60,905 nt of DNA, from positions 1 through 60,905 of the forward strand of contig CAYTXJ010000001.1 of assembly GCA_964440775.1 (NCBI GenBank). Direction: 5' to 3'. The DNA comes from an uncultured Desulfobacteraceae bacterium (GTDB taxonomy: Bacteria > Desulfobacterota > DSM-4660 > Desulfatiglandales > JALVMZ01). Under the pieces are notes generated by a model. That model was not told where the DNA came from, made no database searches, and saw only the letters and a program-made list of their open reading frames with translations. Below, piece by piece: positions 20,355-31,137 of this stretch (positions are counted from its first letter, which is position 1; each line of letters opens with the position of its first letter). The position numbers and the translations under genes were made by a program.

Positions 20355-21002
20355 CTATTTTTTTGGAATTATCATGACCCTTTTTAATGGCCCTTCTCCT
20401 CTGCTTACCGTATTTAATTGATTATCTTCCTTTAATGCCAGATGGATTATTCTTCTTTCCCTGGAGTTAAGAGGTGCAGTGCTGACAGGCCTCTTTGTCT
20501 TCTTGGCCCTCTCTGCCATTCTGAGAGCCAATTGCACAAGGGAGTCCTTTCTTCTCTCTCTGTAATTTTCAGAATCAATTAATATCCTTACTTTCGCTTC
20601 AAGGTTTCTATTTACGATCTTATTAACAATAAACTGCAATGCATCTAAGGTTCTCCCCTTTTTTCCTATCAGTATACCAGATCTATCCCCATGGATTTTC
20701 AAAGATATGATATTGTCTATTCTTTCAGCTACAACACTGACATCCATAGGCATCAGTGAGAGGATCTTCTCTAAGGTAGCCTTTGCAAGTTGAAGTCCAT
20801 CCATCTCTCTCTTCTCTTCTTCCAGAGACCTCTTTATCCTGACCCTTATCTTAGCCCTTTTTGTTCCCACAATTCCAAATATACCGCTTGAGCCAGGATC
20901 AATCACCTCTACCTCTAATTGGTCTTCTTCCACATTTAACGCTTTACACGCATTCTGAAGCGCCTCTTCTGTTGTCTTTCCTTCAAATTCATATGCCTCC
21001 AT
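20355..21002 (-). CDS. jag: Jag/KhpB RNA-binding protein (KH + R3H)
   Basis: The track start at 21014 is a TTG. The ATG at 21002 follows a GGAGGA SD. The R3H region is RRIIHLALKED. Confidence 0.85.
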   Translation of the reverse strand: MEAYEFEGKTTEEALQNACKALNVEEDQLEVEVIDPGSSGIFGIVGTKRAKIRVRIKRSLEEEKREMDGLQLAKATLEKILSLMPMDVSVVAERIDNIISLKIHGDRSGILIGKKGRTLDALQFIVNKIVNRNLEAKVRILIDSENYRERRKDSLVQLALRMAERAKKTKRPVSTAPLNSRERRIIHLALKEDNQLNTVSRGEGPLKRVMIIPKK

Positions 21003-21019
21003 ATGATCCTCCAATGCAT

Positions 21020-22663
21020 TTAGGCTGATATTTTTTTATTAATGAAATATTGTTGAATAATACTCAATACATTATTTACCAACCAATAGAGTACAAGTCC
21101 TGATGGAAAGTTTATAAACATCACCGTAAATATTAGGGGAAGAAATTGCATTATCTTCATCTGACTCGGATCTCCAGCAGTAGGGGTCATCTTCTGCTGG
21201 ATATACATGGAAGCACCCATAAGCAGGGTAAGGACAGGTATACCGTATGGGGGTGCCATAAGAGGGATCTTAAATGGAAAATTAAACAGCCTGTCAGGAG
21301 CAGATAGATCATCTATCCAGAGGATAAATGGAGCATGTCTAAGCTCTATGGAGTAGCCAAGGATCTTGTATAGCGCAAAGAATACAGGGATCTGAACTAT
21401 CATCGGAAGACATCCGCTCATGGGATTCACCTTATAGGTCTTATATAGATTCATAAGTTCACGATTAAGCTGTTCCTTATTATTCTTATATTTTTCTCTG
21501 ATTCGTGTCATAAGGGGCTGTATCTTTTGAAGCTCTTTCATAGACTTATAACTCTTATGGGTTAGTGGCCAAAACAGTATCTTTATAAGCACTGTCATCA
21601 TTATAATGGAAAGGCCATAATTATGAAAGACCCTATTAAATAGCTTTAAAAGAATCAGGAGGGGCTTTGCAATAATATCGGTCCAGCCAAAGTTTATTGC
21701 CTTGTCCAGATCTCTTCCCAGTGTCTTTAATATATCCATATCCTTTGGTCCCATAAAGATGGTGATATTATAGGTAAGACTTTTTCCTTGTGGTATGGTG
21801 GAAATACTCTGGTCTATGAATCTTCCTTCCAGTATCCCCTCTTTTAATAGCTTTCCTTTAAAAATGGCACTTTTAGAATTTCCTGGAAGAATCGCTGAGA
21901 TAAAGAACTTCCTTTCAAATGCAAACCACCCTATATTCCCTGCCAGGCTCTTTCCCTTCTTTAGCTCCTTTTCCTTTATCTCTTTTAGCTCATTGTCAAG
22001 AAATAGGGCAAGTCCTCTAAAAGAGGAAAATCTTTCCTTCTTTGGCAATCTATTTTTAAGCACTATCTCAAAAGGGCCCTTTAGATTGCCAGAGGAGTAA
22101 TTTTCATATGTAATTGAAAGATCTATAGTGTATGTATGAGGGTAGAATCTAAATCTATATATGCCCTTGATCCCATCGCCCATATAACCTGTAAATATAA
22201 GATCCTTAAACGGATCCCTATCCGAGACTTTCAAGTTTTCACTCATAGATTCATATGCACTCAGCGGTCTCTTTAGCCCCCCTAAATTAAATTCCAAAAA
22301 TTCCATATCCTTAAGCTCAATAAGCTCAATGCAGGAAGAGTGGGTGTCTTTTGATACCCTGTATCTTTTAAGGGTAAAACTCTTAATAGTGGGGCCAATA
22401 TTGGAAAATATTGCCCTATAGAGGGGTGTTTCCACAGTTATTAACTTTTCAGTTACAGCTACCTTTCTCTCTGGAAGAATATCCTCTTTCTTCTCTTTTT
22501 TTGTCTTTGCTTGTGAATACTTGGTCTCTACCCTGCTCTTTTGGGGCTCTTTCTTTGAAGAAGTTGCCTTTTTTACCTGTGGCTGCTTAGGTGCAAATAG
22601 CAAGATCCAGATAAGTAGGACAACAAATGATAGGATAAATGCAAGAAGTGCTCTCTTTTCCAT
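21020..22663 (-). CDS. yidC: Membrane protein insertase YidC
   Basis: 547 aa with an N-terminal TM, a large periplasmic domain and a conserved C-terminal 5-TM core. Confidence 0.95.
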   Translation of the reverse strand: MEKRALLAFILSFVVLLIWILLFAPKQPQVKKATSSKKEPQKSRVETKYSQAKTKKEKKEDILPERKVAVTEKLITVETPLYRAIFSNIGPTIKSFTLKRYRVSKDTHSSCIELIELKDMEFLEFNLGGLKRPLSAYESMSENLKVSDRDPFKDLIFTGYMGDGIKGIYRFRFYPHTYTIDLSITYENYSSGNLKGPFEIVLKNRLPKKERFSSFRGLALFLDNELKEIKEKELKKGKSLAGNIGWFAFERKFFISAILPGNSKSAIFKGKLLKEGILEGRFIDQSISTIPQGKSLTYNITIFMGPKDMDILKTLGRDLDKAINFGWTDIIAKPLLILLKLFNRVFHNYGLSIIMMTVLIKILFWPLTHKSYKSMKELQKIQPLMTRIREKYKNNKEQLNRELMNLYKTYKVNPMSGCLPMIVQIPVFFALYKILGYSIELRHAPFILWIDDLSAPDRLFNFPFKIPLMAPPYGIPVLTLLMGASMYIQQKMTPTAGDPSQMKIMQFLPLIFTVMFINFPSGLVLYWLVNNVLSIIQQYFINKKISA

Positions 22664-22693
22664 GACCTACCTCTACAAATATAAAGATTCTAA

Positions 22694-22903
22694 TTATGGC
22701 ACAGGATCGTATCCCCCAGGGTGAAAGGGGTGGCATCTCGACAGACGCAATAGAGTGAGGATGCCTCCCTTCCATATGCCATATTTAAAGAATGCCTGGT
22801 GGGCATAGGAAGAGCATGTGGGATAAAACCTACAACTTCTTGGAAAAAATGGAGATATGAAGATTTGGTATGCCCTAATAATATAGATGATTACCCTTAC
22901 CAT
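22694..22903 (-). CDS. yidD: Membrane protein insertion efficiency factor
   Basis: 69 aa with the [11 protein letters not shown] motif. Confidence 0.9.
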   Translation of the reverse strand: MVRVIIYIIRAYQIFISPFFPRSCRFYPTCSSYAHQAFFKYGIWKGGILTLLRLSRCHPFHPGGYDPVP

Positions 22904-23229
22904 ATTATTCCCTCAATCTGGACCTTAATATCTCCCATTTTAAGACCACTTATATCTCTCTTTGCTATAAATAGGATATCATGGGATTCTGGGAAGATAT
23001 CCTTATTCTGTCTGAAACACTCTCTAAATAGCCTCTTAATCCTGTTTCTCTTTGTGGCCTTTCCGATCTTTTTACTCACTATAATGCCTATCCTCCTGAT
23101 GCCCACCCCATTTGGTTTTGTTACAATCACCATATCCCTTGTCTCATATCTCCTTCCATTCCTCTTGAGATTGACAAAATCCTTTTTTTTACATAATCTC
23201 TCTTCCTTAGTAAGGGAATGGGAGCCCAT
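22897..23229 (-). CDS. rnpA: Ribonuclease P protein component
   Basis: 110 aa, basic, with the RNR-type motif [14 protein letters not shown]. Its position between rpmH and yidD fits. Confidence 0.9.
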   Translation of the reverse strand: MGSHSLTKEERLCKKKDFVNLKRNGRRYETRDMVIVTKPNGVGIRRIGIIVSKKIGKATKRNRIKRLFRECFRQNKDIFPESHDILFIAKRDISGLKMGDIKVQIEGIIW

Positions 23230-23247
23230 CTATCGTTGAAGAACCTG

Positions 23248-23382
23248 TTAAGGGGTAAGTCTTTTACGGCCTTTTGTCCTTCTTCTCTTAAGAACCTTTC
23301 TTCCTCCAGGTGTTGCCATTCTGGCCCTAAATCCATGGGTTCTTGCTCGTTTAATGTTGCTGGGTTGATAAGTCCTTTTCAT
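23248..23382 (-). CDS. rpmH: 50S ribosomal protein L34 (not in supplied ORF track)
   Basis: Hand translation of the minus strand gives [44 protein letters not shown] plus a stop. Confidence 0.9.
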   Translation of the reverse strand: MKRTYQPSNIKRARTHGFRARMATPGGRKVLKRRRTKGRKRLTP

Positions 23383-23420
23383 AATCCCTTTCCCTATTTT
23401 AAAATTTTATTGAAAATTCA

Positions 23421-23450
23421 TATTTAAAAATCTTATTTTAGATTTGTCAA
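23421..23450 (-). promoter_or_regulatory. Candidate sigma70-type promoter for rpmH-rnpA
   Basis: The minus strand reads TTGACA (23445-23450), a 17-18 nt spacer, then TTAAAT/TAAATA. This lies about 35 nt upstream of the rpmH ATG. Confidence 0.3.
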
Positions 23451-23453
23451 GTT

Positions 23454-23573
23454 GAGAGCTTTGAATTTTTCAAAGCTCTCAGAAAAAAGCTGTAATTATG
23501 GGTTATTTTAAGTAAATCTTTGGGGGTCTGGGGGTGTAACCCCCAGTGTAAAAGGGGGTTATGCAAAGCTCTC
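23454..23573 (+). mobile_element. MITE-like intergenic element, copy C (120 bp, short type)
   Basis: It shares its full length with copy E. It is flanked by AAGTT at 23449-23453 and 23574-23578. Confidence 0.85.
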
Positions 23574-23584
23574 AAGTTTATTAA

Positions 23585-24637
<1,053 letters not shown>

Positions 24638-24668
24638 AAGCATATAGAGGGGGGGCAAAACTTAGGAT

Positions 24669-25493
24669 TTGAATCATCCTATAAGAGACATATATATCTG
24701 GATATTATCCTTTATTTTCTGTTTAGTCATAATTTCCTTAGGAGTAGGAGATCTAAAGAGGTGGACTTTTATTGAAAGGGTGGGAATGGAAGCGCTTTTC
24801 CCTATCCAGAGCTGGTTTAATAGGATTGTTCTATATACAGAGAATTTCTGGAACAGATATATCTATCTGATTCATACAGAGAAGGAGAATATCCGGCTGA
24901 GGCGTCAAATTCAGAGATTAAAGATGGAAAACTATGCATTAAGGGAGAGGGTTGAAAGACTGGGAAGATTGGAGCAGATGTTCAGGGTTAGGGCAAATCT
25001 TAGGTGGCCAACGGTCTATGCAAATGTCATAGGCAGGGATCCCACAGGCTGGTTTAAGATAGTGTTTTTAGATAGGGGCAGTGAGGCATCCATAGAGGTG
25101 GATTTTCCAGTTATAAATCAAGATGGGGTAGTGGGAAAGGTAATATCGGTCGCACCATTTTTCTCTAAGGTCTTGCTATTGAATGATCCTAACAGCGCCA
25201 TTGATTGCCTGGTTCAGAGGTCAAGGGCTAAAGGAATCTTAAAAGGGATGGGGTCAGATATCGGAAGCTTAGAGTATGTGGAAAGTGGTGCTGATATTAA
25301 GATCGGGGATATTATAATAACATCTGGTATGGACGGGGTGTTTCCAAAAGGAATTCCTATCGGAAAGGTAATCAGTTTAAAAAGAAGGCAAGGAGATATA
25401 TTTCAAGATGTAAAGGTCAGATTATTAGTGAGCTTTTCAAGACTTGAAGAGGTTCTGGTTATCTTGAAGGAGGGAAGATCCCATAAAGGATAG
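24669..25493 (+). CDS. mreC: Rod-shape-determining protein MreC
   Basis: 274 aa with an N-terminal TM, a coiled coil (RLRRQIQRLKMENYALRERVERL) and a beta-rich C-terminal domain. The TTG start is uncertain. Confidence 0.8.
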   Translation: MNHPIRDIYIWILSFIFCLVIISLGVGDLKRWTFIERVGMEALFPIQSWFNRIVLYTENFWNRYIYLIHTEKENIRLRRQIQRLKMENYALRERVERLGRLEQMFRVRANLRWPTVYANVIGRDPTGWFKIVFLDRGSEASIEVDFPVINQDGVVGKVISVAPFFSKVLLLNDPNSAIDCLVQRSRAKGILKGMGSDIGSLEYVESGADIKIGDIIITSGMDGVFPKGIPIGKVISLKRRQGDIFQDVKVRLLVSFSRLEEVLVILKEGRSHKG

Positions 25494-25518
25494 AAAAGGC
25501 GAGCTCTTAGAGTTCTTT

Positions 25519-26007
25519 GTGTATATAGTAATTTCTATCCTATATATAACAATTAAAAGCCTATCCATACAGAACAGGATATTTTATAGTGTTGATCTTG
25601 TCACAGTCTTTATCTTTTATATGATTTTATATCTTAGGCTCTCTTATGCCCTTATGTTTGCCATACTTATGGGTTTTTCAAAAGAGCTATTCTCCATAGG
25701 GATATTAGGGATCATACCCCTATCTTATCTCATCTCTTCAGCTATCATAAAGGTAAGTAGCCAATTCTTGGATATTTGCTCTATACCTGGTAGAATCTCC
25801 ACTGTAAGCTTTGCTGAGATGGGAAAAGAGCTTATATATATCCTCTTTATCTTACTATACGATTTTCAGTGCGGAGCTTTTTTATCTATCTTTAAGTATT
25901 TGCTATTAAAGGCATTAATCACAGGGATAGTCTCTGTATTTATTATTCCGCTGCTTGAAAAGATCTCAAGACTCCTTAATGAGAGGATATCTCAAGATTC
26001 AGCTTGA
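25519..26007 (+). CDS. mreD: Rod-shape-determining protein MreD
   Basis: 162-aa polytopic membrane protein after mreC, with a GTG start. Called by position and hydrophobicity. Confidence 0.7.
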   Translation: MYIVISILYITIKSLSIQNRIFYSVDLVTVFIFYMILYLRLSYALMFAILMGFSKELFSIGILGIIPLSYLISSAIIKVSSQFLDICSIPGRISTVSFAEMGKELIYILFILLYDFQCGAFLSIFKYLLLKALITGIVSVFIIPLLEKISRLLNERISQDSA

Positions 26008-26024
26008 AGAGGTACGGCTAAGCG

Positions 26025-27848
26025 ATGAAGAATTCTGGATTCAATCCCCTTATCATTGAATATTACAAAAGAAGGTTTAAATTTGCAGTTATAATTGTAG
26101 CGGTTATATTTACCCTTCTGTTTTTAAGGCTATGGTATCTCCAGATCCTAAAAGGTCAACTCTACAGATTAAGATCAGAGAAAAACAGGATAAGATTAAA
26201 TGAGACCCCTTCAATTAGAGGAAAGATATTTGACAGAAATGGGTTGCTTTTAGTGGATAATTCCCCTTCATATGATCTCTATGTGGTTCCTGAAGAGATA
26301 AGATATCCAAAGGAGACTTTTAATGTATTGAATAGATTTGTGAAATTTGATCTGAAAGAGAGCTTGAATAGATATAAAAACAATAATAGACTGCCTTTCA
26401 TACCCTTTTTAATAAAAAAAAATATCTCCAGGGTTGAGCTTGTTCTCGTAGAAAACCATAGATTCAGCCTTGCTGGTATTATGATAAAGGTTCGGCCTGT
26501 AAGAAGATACCGGTATGGAAGTCTTGCCTCCCATCTCTTGGGATACTTAGGAAAGGTGACAAAGAGTGAGCTTAATGCCGAAGGCCTGAACCTCAGTCCT
26601 GATGATATGGTAGGGAGAGCAGGGATCGAGGCCAGATATAATAAGCTCCTTATGGGTGTAAAGGGTGGGGAGCAGATTGAAGTGGATGCAATGGGAAGGA
26701 GGATAAAGGTATTAAATAGAGTGCCCCCAACCTCTGGATATGATCTGGTGCTTACAATTGATACAAGATTGCAGCGGATCGTAGAAGATTGCCTCTTAGG
26801 GAAAAAGGGAGCTATTGTGGCAATGAATCCCAGAGATGGTGAGATCCTTGCCATGGCAAGCAGCCCTAACTATGATCCCAATATCTTCATTCAGGGTATG
26901 GATATAAATGAGTGGAAGAGTCTGGTTTCAAAAAAGGGCGCATTTTTGCAAAATAGGGCAATATCCGGTCAATACCCACCGGGCTCTGTGTTTAAGATAG
27001 TTACTGCCATTTCAGCACTGGAAGAAGGGATGATAGATACAGATGATGAGATATTCTGCTCTGGAAAATACAGAGTCGGAGATACAGTCTTTAGATGCTG
27101 GAAGAGATACGGGCATGGTCCCATATCATTTTATAGGGCGATGGCAGAGTCATGTGATATCTACTTCTATAAGCTGGGCCAGAGACTGGGCATTGAAAAG
27201 ATTGCCAAATGGGCTAAGGAGCTTGGCCTTGGAAGAAAGACAGGTATACCACTTCCCGGTGAAAAGCCTGGGCTTGTGCCCACTTCTAAATGGAAATTAA
27301 AGACTTATGGTATTCCCTGGCAGATCGGTGATACCTTAGCGGTCTCCATTGGTCAGGGATATCTCCTTGTATCTCCTATCCAGATGGCGGTTATGATATC
27401 TTCCATATTTAATGGCGGGTATATCTATCAACCAAGGCTTATAAAGGAGATAAGACCTTATGATAAGAGGTTTGAGAAGATATTTGAACAGAAGAGGCGG
27501 AAGATAAAGGTAAAGGCAAAGACTCTCTGTGTAGTTAAAAGATCCATGATCCACGTTGTTGAAGATAAAAACGGAACCGGTAGAAGAGCTCGAGTGAAGG
27601 GCATCAGGGTTGCAGGTAAGACCGGAACCGCACAGCTTATAAGCACTAAGGAAAGGAGGAGCAAAGATAAGGATATTTCAAATGAAATAAGAGATCATGC
27701 ATGGTTTGTAGCTGTCGCTCCTGCAGATAACCCAAAGATTGCCCTATCCATAATAATTGAACACGGCGGGCACGGGGGTTCTACTGCCGCTCCCATTGCA
27801 GCTAAGATCATCTCCGAATATCTAAGGTGGGAGAAGAGGGATGTTTGA
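26025..27848 (+). CDS. mrdA: Penicillin-binding protein 2 (elongasome transpeptidase)
   Basis: 607 aa with an N-terminal TM, SxxK (GSVFK) and KTGTAQ. Confidence 0.9.
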   Translation: MKNSGFNPLIIEYYKRRFKFAVIIVAVIFTLLFLRLWYLQILKGQLYRLRSEKNRIRLNETPSIRGKIFDRNGLLLVDNSPSYDLYVVPEEIRYPKETFNVLNRFVKFDLKESLNRYKNNNRLPFIPFLIKKNISRVELVLVENHRFSLAGIMIKVRPVRRYRYGSLASHLLGYLGKVTKSELNAEGLNLSPDDMVGRAGIEARYNKLLMGVKGGEQIEVDAMGRRIKVLNRVPPTSGYDLVLTIDTRLQRIVEDCLLGKKGAIVAMNPRDGEILAMASSPNYDPNIFIQGMDINEWKSLVSKKGAFLQNRAISGQYPPGSVFKIVTAISALEEGMIDTDDEIFCSGKYRVGDTVFRCWKRYGHGPISFYRAMAESCDIYFYKLGQRLGIEKIAKWAKELGLGRKTGIPLPGEKPGLVPTSKWKLKTYGIPWQIGDTLAVSIGQGYLLVSPIQMAVMISSIFNGGYIYQPRLIKEIRPYDKRFEKIFEQKRRKIKVKAKTLCVVKRSMIHVVEDKNGTGRRARVKGIRVAGKTGTAQLISTKERRSKDKDISNEIRDHAWFVAVAPADNPKIALSIIIEHGGHGGSTAAPIAAKIISEYLRWEKRDV

Positions 27849-28944
27849 TAGAAGATTACTCCAAAACTTTGACTGGTTTTTTCTGCTACTTATACTGATG
27901 ATAGTCGGGTTGGGACTCATCAATCTTTACAGTGCCACTTTCCCTTTGGGGAAAGGGGGGCAGAAGATATTTCACAGGCAGATATACTGGTTCTGTATAG
28001 GTGTAGGGGTATTTTTAATAATGACTACTTTTGACTACCATAACTTAGAGCGATTTGCATACCATATCTATATATTCTCCTTAGGGCTTTTGATCTTTGT
28101 GCTCTTAAAGGGAAAGGTATATTCAGGATCTCAGAGATGGATCTCTGTCTTTTGCTTTAACTTTCAACCCTCAGAACTTGCAAAACTGAGTTCCGTGATA
28201 ATGCTTGCAAAGTTCCTCTCTCAGAGTCATCGCTACCCTTACTTTGGACTTAAGGAGATATGGAAGGCCTTTTTGATAGTCGCACTTCCTGCCTTTCTTA
28301 TTGTTCAGGAGCCAGATTTTGGAACAGGGCTTTTAATCTTATTGGTGGGAATTTCAATAATATTCTTCTTGGGCATAGATTTGAAGGCCACTGTGGTTTT
28401 AGTAGGTAGCTTTTTGATCTCATCGCCCATAATTTGGTATTTCCTCAGGGATTATCAGAAGAGAAGGATCATATCATTTCTCTTCCCTGAATCAGACCCC
28501 TTAGGATCTGGTTATCATATAATCCAGTCAAAGATTGCCATTGGTGCTGGCATGTTTTTGGGAAAGGGATTTTTAAAAGGAACCCAGACACGACTGCATT
28601 TTCTCCCTGAACAGCACACGGATTTTGCCTTCTCTGTATTTGCTGAGGAGTGGGGATTTGTGGGATCTGTGTTTTTAATATCGATCTATCTCATCCTGAT
28701 CCTATGGGCTATGAGGATAGCAAAGAACTCAAAGGAGCCCTTTGGAACACTGCTTGCACTTGGAATAATCTCAATCATATTTTGGCAGACCGCTATAAAT
28801 ATAGCCATGACCACCGGGATCCTGCCTGTTGTGGGTATTCCCCTTTCCCTTTTTAGCTATGGAGGTTCTGCTATGGTTACAATTATGGCAGGATTGGGCC
28901 TAATCATGAATATCAATATGCGTAGATATATGTTTCAGGAATAA
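27841..28944 (+). CDS. rodA: SEDS-family peptidoglycan polymerase RodA
   Basis: 367 aa, about 10 TM segments, FtsW/RodA family. It overlaps mrdA by 8 nt. Confidence 0.9.
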   Translation: MFDRRLLQNFDWFFLLLILMIVGLGLINLYSATFPLGKGGQKIFHRQIYWFCIGVGVFLIMTTFDYHNLERFAYHIYIFSLGLLIFVLLKGKVYSGSQRWISVFCFNFQPSELAKLSSVIMLAKFLSQSHRYPYFGLKEIWKAFLIVALPAFLIVQEPDFGTGLLILLVGISIIFFLGIDLKATVVLVGSFLISSPIIWYFLRDYQKRRIISFLFPESDPLGSGYHIIQSKIAIGAGMFLGKGFLKGTQTRLHFLPEQHTDFAFSVFAEEWGFVGSVFLISIYLILILWAMRIAKNSKEPFGTLLALGIISIIFWQTAINIAMTTGILPVVGIPLSLFSYGGSAMVTIMAGLGLIMNINMRRYMFQE

Positions 28945-28983
28945 TTTTTTATTGAAAGGGTCTTATCAGGTATGTTAAAGGAA

Positions 28984-29010
28984 GAGAGCTTTGAATTTTT
29001 TAAAGCTTTC
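28984..29010 (+). repeat. Solo 27-bp hairpin of the MITE-like family (copy D)
   Basis: GAGAGCTTTGAATTTTTTAAAGCTTTC, flanked by AGGAA at 28979-28983 and 29011-29015. Confidence 0.8.
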
Positions 29011-29041
29011 AGGAATATGACCAATTGTAGGGTAATACAAT

Positions 29042-29431
29042 ATGGGTAAAAAGGAGAAGATTGAGGCCTTCCTTGGAAAAGACACAGAATTTGAAGGAAA
29101 GATATCTTTTAAAGGTTCTGCCAGGATAGATGGTAAGATGCATGGTGAGATCTATACAGAGGATACCCTCATTGTGGGACACGATGCTGTTATTGATACT
29201 CAAAAGACAGAGGTAGGATCTATAATAGTCTATGGGCGTATAAGCGGTGAAATATATGCAAGGGAAAGAATTGAGATAAAAGGCACAGGAACTGTAGTTG
29301 GAAACCTAACCACCTCATTACTTGTAATAGAGGAAGGAGCACATTTTGAAGGAAACTGCAGGATGAGTTCTAAGGAGGATAAAGTAGAAGAGAAGGTTAA
29401 GAGGATTGAAGACTTCCACCAAAGGGATTAA
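29042..29431 (+). CDS. Bactofilin-family polymer-forming cytoskeletal protein
   Basis: 129 aa with the beta-helical repeat pattern FEGKISFKGSARIDGKMHGEIY...VGSIIVYGRISGEIYA...VVGNL...EEGAHFEGNCRM. Confidence 0.85.
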   Translation: MGKKEKIEAFLGKDTEFEGKISFKGSARIDGKMHGEIYTEDTLIVGHDAVIDTQKTEVGSIIVYGRISGEIYARERIEIKGTGTVVGNLTTSLLVIEEGAHFEGNCRMSSKEDKVEEKVKRIEDFHQRD

Positions 29432-29447
29432 AAAGTATAAAAATTCT

Positions 29448-29476
29448 TTGACAAGATAAAAAAATTTTTTAATAAT
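29448..29476 (+). promoter_or_regulatory. Candidate sigma70-type promoter for the atp operon
   Basis: TTGACA (29448-29453), a 16-17 nt AT-rich spacer, then TAATAA/AATAAT. This lies about 47 nt upstream of the atpF' ATG. Confidence 0.4.
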
Positions 29477-29522
29477 AAAAGATTTTATTTTAAAATAAAT
29501 TTCACAAAGTAGGGATTGTAAG

Positions 29523-29948
29523 ATGTTAGAAATTGATGTGACCCTTATAGTTCAGATAATCAATTTTCTTCTCCTTCTTTTTCTCTTAAATCATCTCCTT
29601 TATAAGCCCATAAGAAGGATAATCAGACGCAGGTCAGATGAATTTGGTTCTCTTTCAGGCTCCATAGAGGAGTTTCAAAAGAGGCTTGATGAGGCCAGAA
29701 TGGAGCTTGAAGAGCTTAAGATGAATGTAAAGAGAGAGGGCTTTAAGGCAAGAGAGAATATGAAGCGGCAGGGAATGGAAAAGGAAAAGGAACTCTTGGA
29801 ACAGGCAAATCTTGAGACAGAGAAGATATTAAATGAGGCAAGGGAAAGGTTAAGAGGGGATGTCTCCAAGATAAGAAAGGAATTGGAGGCCGATATAGGG
29901 AGATATTCAAAGGATCTGGCTGAAAAGTTGCTGGGAAGGAGTATATAG
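29523..29948 (+). CDS. atpF': F0F1 ATP synthase subunit b-prime
   Basis: 141 aa with a single N-terminal TM (IVQIINFLLLLFLLNHLLYKPI) and a long charged helix. Confidence 0.85.
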   Translation: MLEIDVTLIVQIINFLLLLFLLNHLLYKPIRRIIRRRSDEFGSLSGSIEEFQKRLDEARMELEELKMNVKREGFKARENMKRQGMEKEKELLEQANLETEKILNEARERLRGDVSKIRKELEADIGRYSKDLAEKLLGRSI

Positions 29949-30590
29949 GTGCATAGATTCAGATATATCTTGATCTTTTTCTGCTTGGTCTCGTTTTTAG
30001 CGGTTATAAGTAATCTTCCTATCTTAGCTGCAGCAGAACATGGAAAGGTTGAGCATAGCTCTTCCACTGCTGTTCATGAAGCTGCCGATGAAGAAGAGCA
30101 TGGAGGGGGAGCTATAAAAGATCTAATCGCAAGGATAATAAATTTTATCTTGATGGTAATAATACTTGCATACGGGATTAAGAAGGGTGGATTTGTTCAG
30201 TCTCTTAAAGAGAGGATGATAAGGATCAGGGAGCGGATGGAAGGGCTTAAGAAAGAAAAGGAAGAGCGGGAGGCCCAATTCAGAGATATTGAAAGTAAGC
30301 TCAGAGAATTTGAGAAGGAAAAGGAGAAGATCTTAGAGGAATTTAGAAAAGAGGGCGAGCAGGAGAAGGAGCGGATTATAAGAGAGGCCCAAGAGAAGGC
30401 CAAGAGGATTGTGGAATCCGCACGGATTTCCGTCTCTCAGGAGATGGAAGCTGCCAAACAGCAATTGAGGGCAGAGATAATGGATCTTGCTGCAAAAGAG
30501 GCAGAGAAGATACTCTCTAAGGTAATTACAGAGAAGGATCAGGAAAATCTTATAGATGAATTTATTCAAAAAGTGGAGAAATTACATTGA
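29949..30590 (+). CDS. atpF: F0F1 ATP synthase subunit b (with N-terminal extension)
   Basis: 213 aa with a GTG start abutting the atpF' stop. A signal-like segment and a His/Glu-rich stretch precede the canonical TM (IINFILMVIILAYGI) and charged helix. Confidence 0.8.
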   Translation: MHRFRYILIFFCLVSFLAVISNLPILAAAEHGKVEHSSSTAVHEAADEEEHGGGAIKDLIARIINFILMVIILAYGIKKGGFVQSLKERMIRIRERMEGLKKEKEEREAQFRDIESKLREFEKEKEKILEEFRKEGEQEKERIIREAQEKAKRIVESARISVSQEMEAAKQQLRAEIMDLAAKEAEKILSKVITEKDQENLIDEFIQKVEKLH

Positions 30591-31120
30591 TACGGTCAAA
30601 AGTAGCACGAAGATATGCAAAGGCCATATTTAGCTTAGGTAAGGAAGACGGTAACTTTGAACAATATGGCAAGGAGCTTAAAGAATTTTCCAACCTTTTG
30701 GAGCAGAACAGAGAGCTTAGCATCTTTCTGCTCAGTAGACTTATCCCCTTAGAGAGCAGGCAGGGAGTGCTCAAGAAGGTGCTGGAAAAGGTCGGATTTA
30801 GTGAAGTCACTAACAGGTTTTTAATGTTACTTCTGGAAAAGGAGAGGATGGATCAGTTAGATGGAATTTGGAGATATTATGAAAAGCTCATGGATGAGGC
30901 CATGAATATTGTAAGAGCTGAGATAATTACTCCCATACCGCTTTCAGATTCTCAAAGAGAGAGGTTGGAGAATGCCCTTGCCACTTTTACCGGTAAAAAG
31001 GTTAAATCGGTTGTTAATACCGACCCATCGCTTATAGGTGGGGTTTTGGTAAAGATAGGAGATATGGTATTAGATGGAAGCATTAAGGCCCAACTTGAAG
31101 GGTTAAAACAATCCATATAA
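30587..31120 (+). CDS. atpH: F0F1 ATP synthase subunit delta (OSCP)
   Basis: 177 aa with a TTG start. The N-terminus VARRYAKAIF and the C-terminus LIGGVLVKIGDMVLDGSI are typical. Confidence 0.9.
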   Translation: MIRSKVARRYAKAIFSLGKEDGNFEQYGKELKEFSNLLEQNRELSIFLLSRLIPLESRQGVLKKVLEKVGFSEVTNRFLMLLLEKERMDQLDGIWRYYEKLMDEAMNIVRAEIITPIPLSDSQRERLENALATFTGKKVKSVVNTDPSLIGGVLVKIGDMVLDGSIKAQLEGLKQSI

Positions 31121-31137
31121 AGGGGTGAGGGATAGAT

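Noticed and set aside
23127-23336. A 69-aa minus-strand ORF overlapping rnpA and the rpmH region.
   Set aside because: It is the wrong frame. The true small gene is rpmH at 23248-23382, whose translation is an unmistakable L34.
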